A DNA stretch of 13,641 bases from contig CAKUSQ010000005.1 of the NCBI GenBank assembly GCA_934691225.1, positions 1-13,641 on the forward strand. The letters are read 5' to 3'. Below, in pieces: positions 13,326-13,641 of the stretch. The translations under genes were made by a program, and so were the position numbers. A model generated the notes under the pieces. It searched no databases and had not been told where the DNA came from. It saw only the letters and a program-made list of their open reading frames with translations. The stretch is from an uncultured Opitutales bacterium. Lineage in GTDB: Bacteria > Verrucomicrobiota > Verrucomicrobiia > Opitutales > UBA9783. The number at the start of each line of letters is the position of its first letter. Positions within the stretch are counted from its first letter, which is position 1.

Positions 13326-13641
13326 TTAGTCGTGTTTTACGATACAAGCATGTTTAACGGATTTCATTTCTGGGAAAAGCTTGGCGAGATCCTTTTCGAT
13401 GGTTTTTTGCTTGATGGATTTTAGGGCATCCCATTGGCGCAGATTATGTTTGATAATGGCAAAGCCGAGGATGTACGCGGTGGCAATTCGGTAGATGATT
13501 TCCGTAGGGGCTAGGCCGTAGACTTGATGCTCGAAGATATGTCGCAAACGTGCCTGTTTATCGAGGAAGAGGGCTTTGATTTTTGGGCTATTGTACAAGC
13601 GCTTTACGATTTCGGTGATGTAAAGGCCGGATTTTATGTAC
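13326..13641 (-). CDS. Hypothetical protein, C-terminal ~105 aa (5' end lies outside the window); function unknown
   Basis: The minus-strand frame is open from the window edge (13640) to the TAA at 13326-13328. The TTG start in the ORF track is probably internal, because upstream codons read ...YIKSGLYITEIVKR without a stop. GC is markedly higher than in the operon. I recognised no diagnostic motif. The helical tail ...IATAYILGFAIIKHNLRQ... is only vaguely like some DDE transposase C-termini. Confidence 0.5.
   Translation of the reverse strand, partial: YIKSGLYITEIVKRLYNSPKIKALFLDKQARLRHIFEHQVYGLAPTEIIYRIATAYILGFAIIKHNLRQWDALKSIKQKTIEKDLAKLFPEMKSVKHACIVKHD

Noticed and set aside
13308-13424. 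38-aa plus-strand ORF (TTG start) 11 nt downstream of the perfect AAGGAGG at 13290-13296
   Set aside because: It has a non-ATG start at the long end of SD spacing and a hydrophobic, low-information product with no motif. It is entirely antisense to the 3' end of the longer minus-strand ORF. The SD-like sequence is noted in the repeat-array finding, but the ORF itself is not called.
1-13641. CRISPR arrays, rRNA, tmRNA, riboswitch-like leaders and intact IS elements
   Set aside because: No regularly spaced repeats of 24 bp or more were seen, and no rRNA-like or tmRNA acceptor/tag features. The only tRNA-like T arm belongs to the fragment described above, and the only IS is a decayed remnant.

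Overview
This AT-rich bacterial window is dominated by one tightly packed, all-plus-strand surface-polysaccharide operon (1-11824) of the O-antigen/LPS type, Wzx/Wzy-dependent. The operon encodes a contiguous WbpA-B-D-E-I style pathway for UDP-2,3-diacetamido-2,3-dideoxy-D-mannuronic acid. An extra formyltransferase-fold gene is wedged between the aminotransferase and the 2-epimerase. Downstream come two GT4-type glycosyltransferases, a Wzy-like polymerase candidate, a Wzx flippase and a full-length AsnB-type glutamine amidotransferase, probably a uronamide-forming tailoring enzyme. The amidotransferase carries an A11 homopolymer inside its coding sequence. Most gene junctions overlap (ATGA, GTGAATAA, or 29-32 nt), which suggests translational coupling. 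The operon ends in a roughly 1.5 kb decayed junction. It holds a heavily mutated IS30-family transposase pseudogene (minus strand) that abuts an orphan 3' half of an initiator-type tRNA-Met(CAU) with no 5' half. Next come an array of six TGTGACA heptamers at 9-10 bp spacing and a GC-richer minus-strand ORF truncated by the window edge. The most interesting points are the second N-acylating enzyme (formyl versus acetyl) in the diNAcA pathway, the possible phase-variable amidotransferase, the tRNA half that may mark an att site or deletion scar, and the unexplained TGTGACA array that resembles a transposon end or iteron block. No CRISPR array, intact RNA gene or convincing terminator was found. 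All functional calls rest on motif recognition by eye and gene context, not on database searches.
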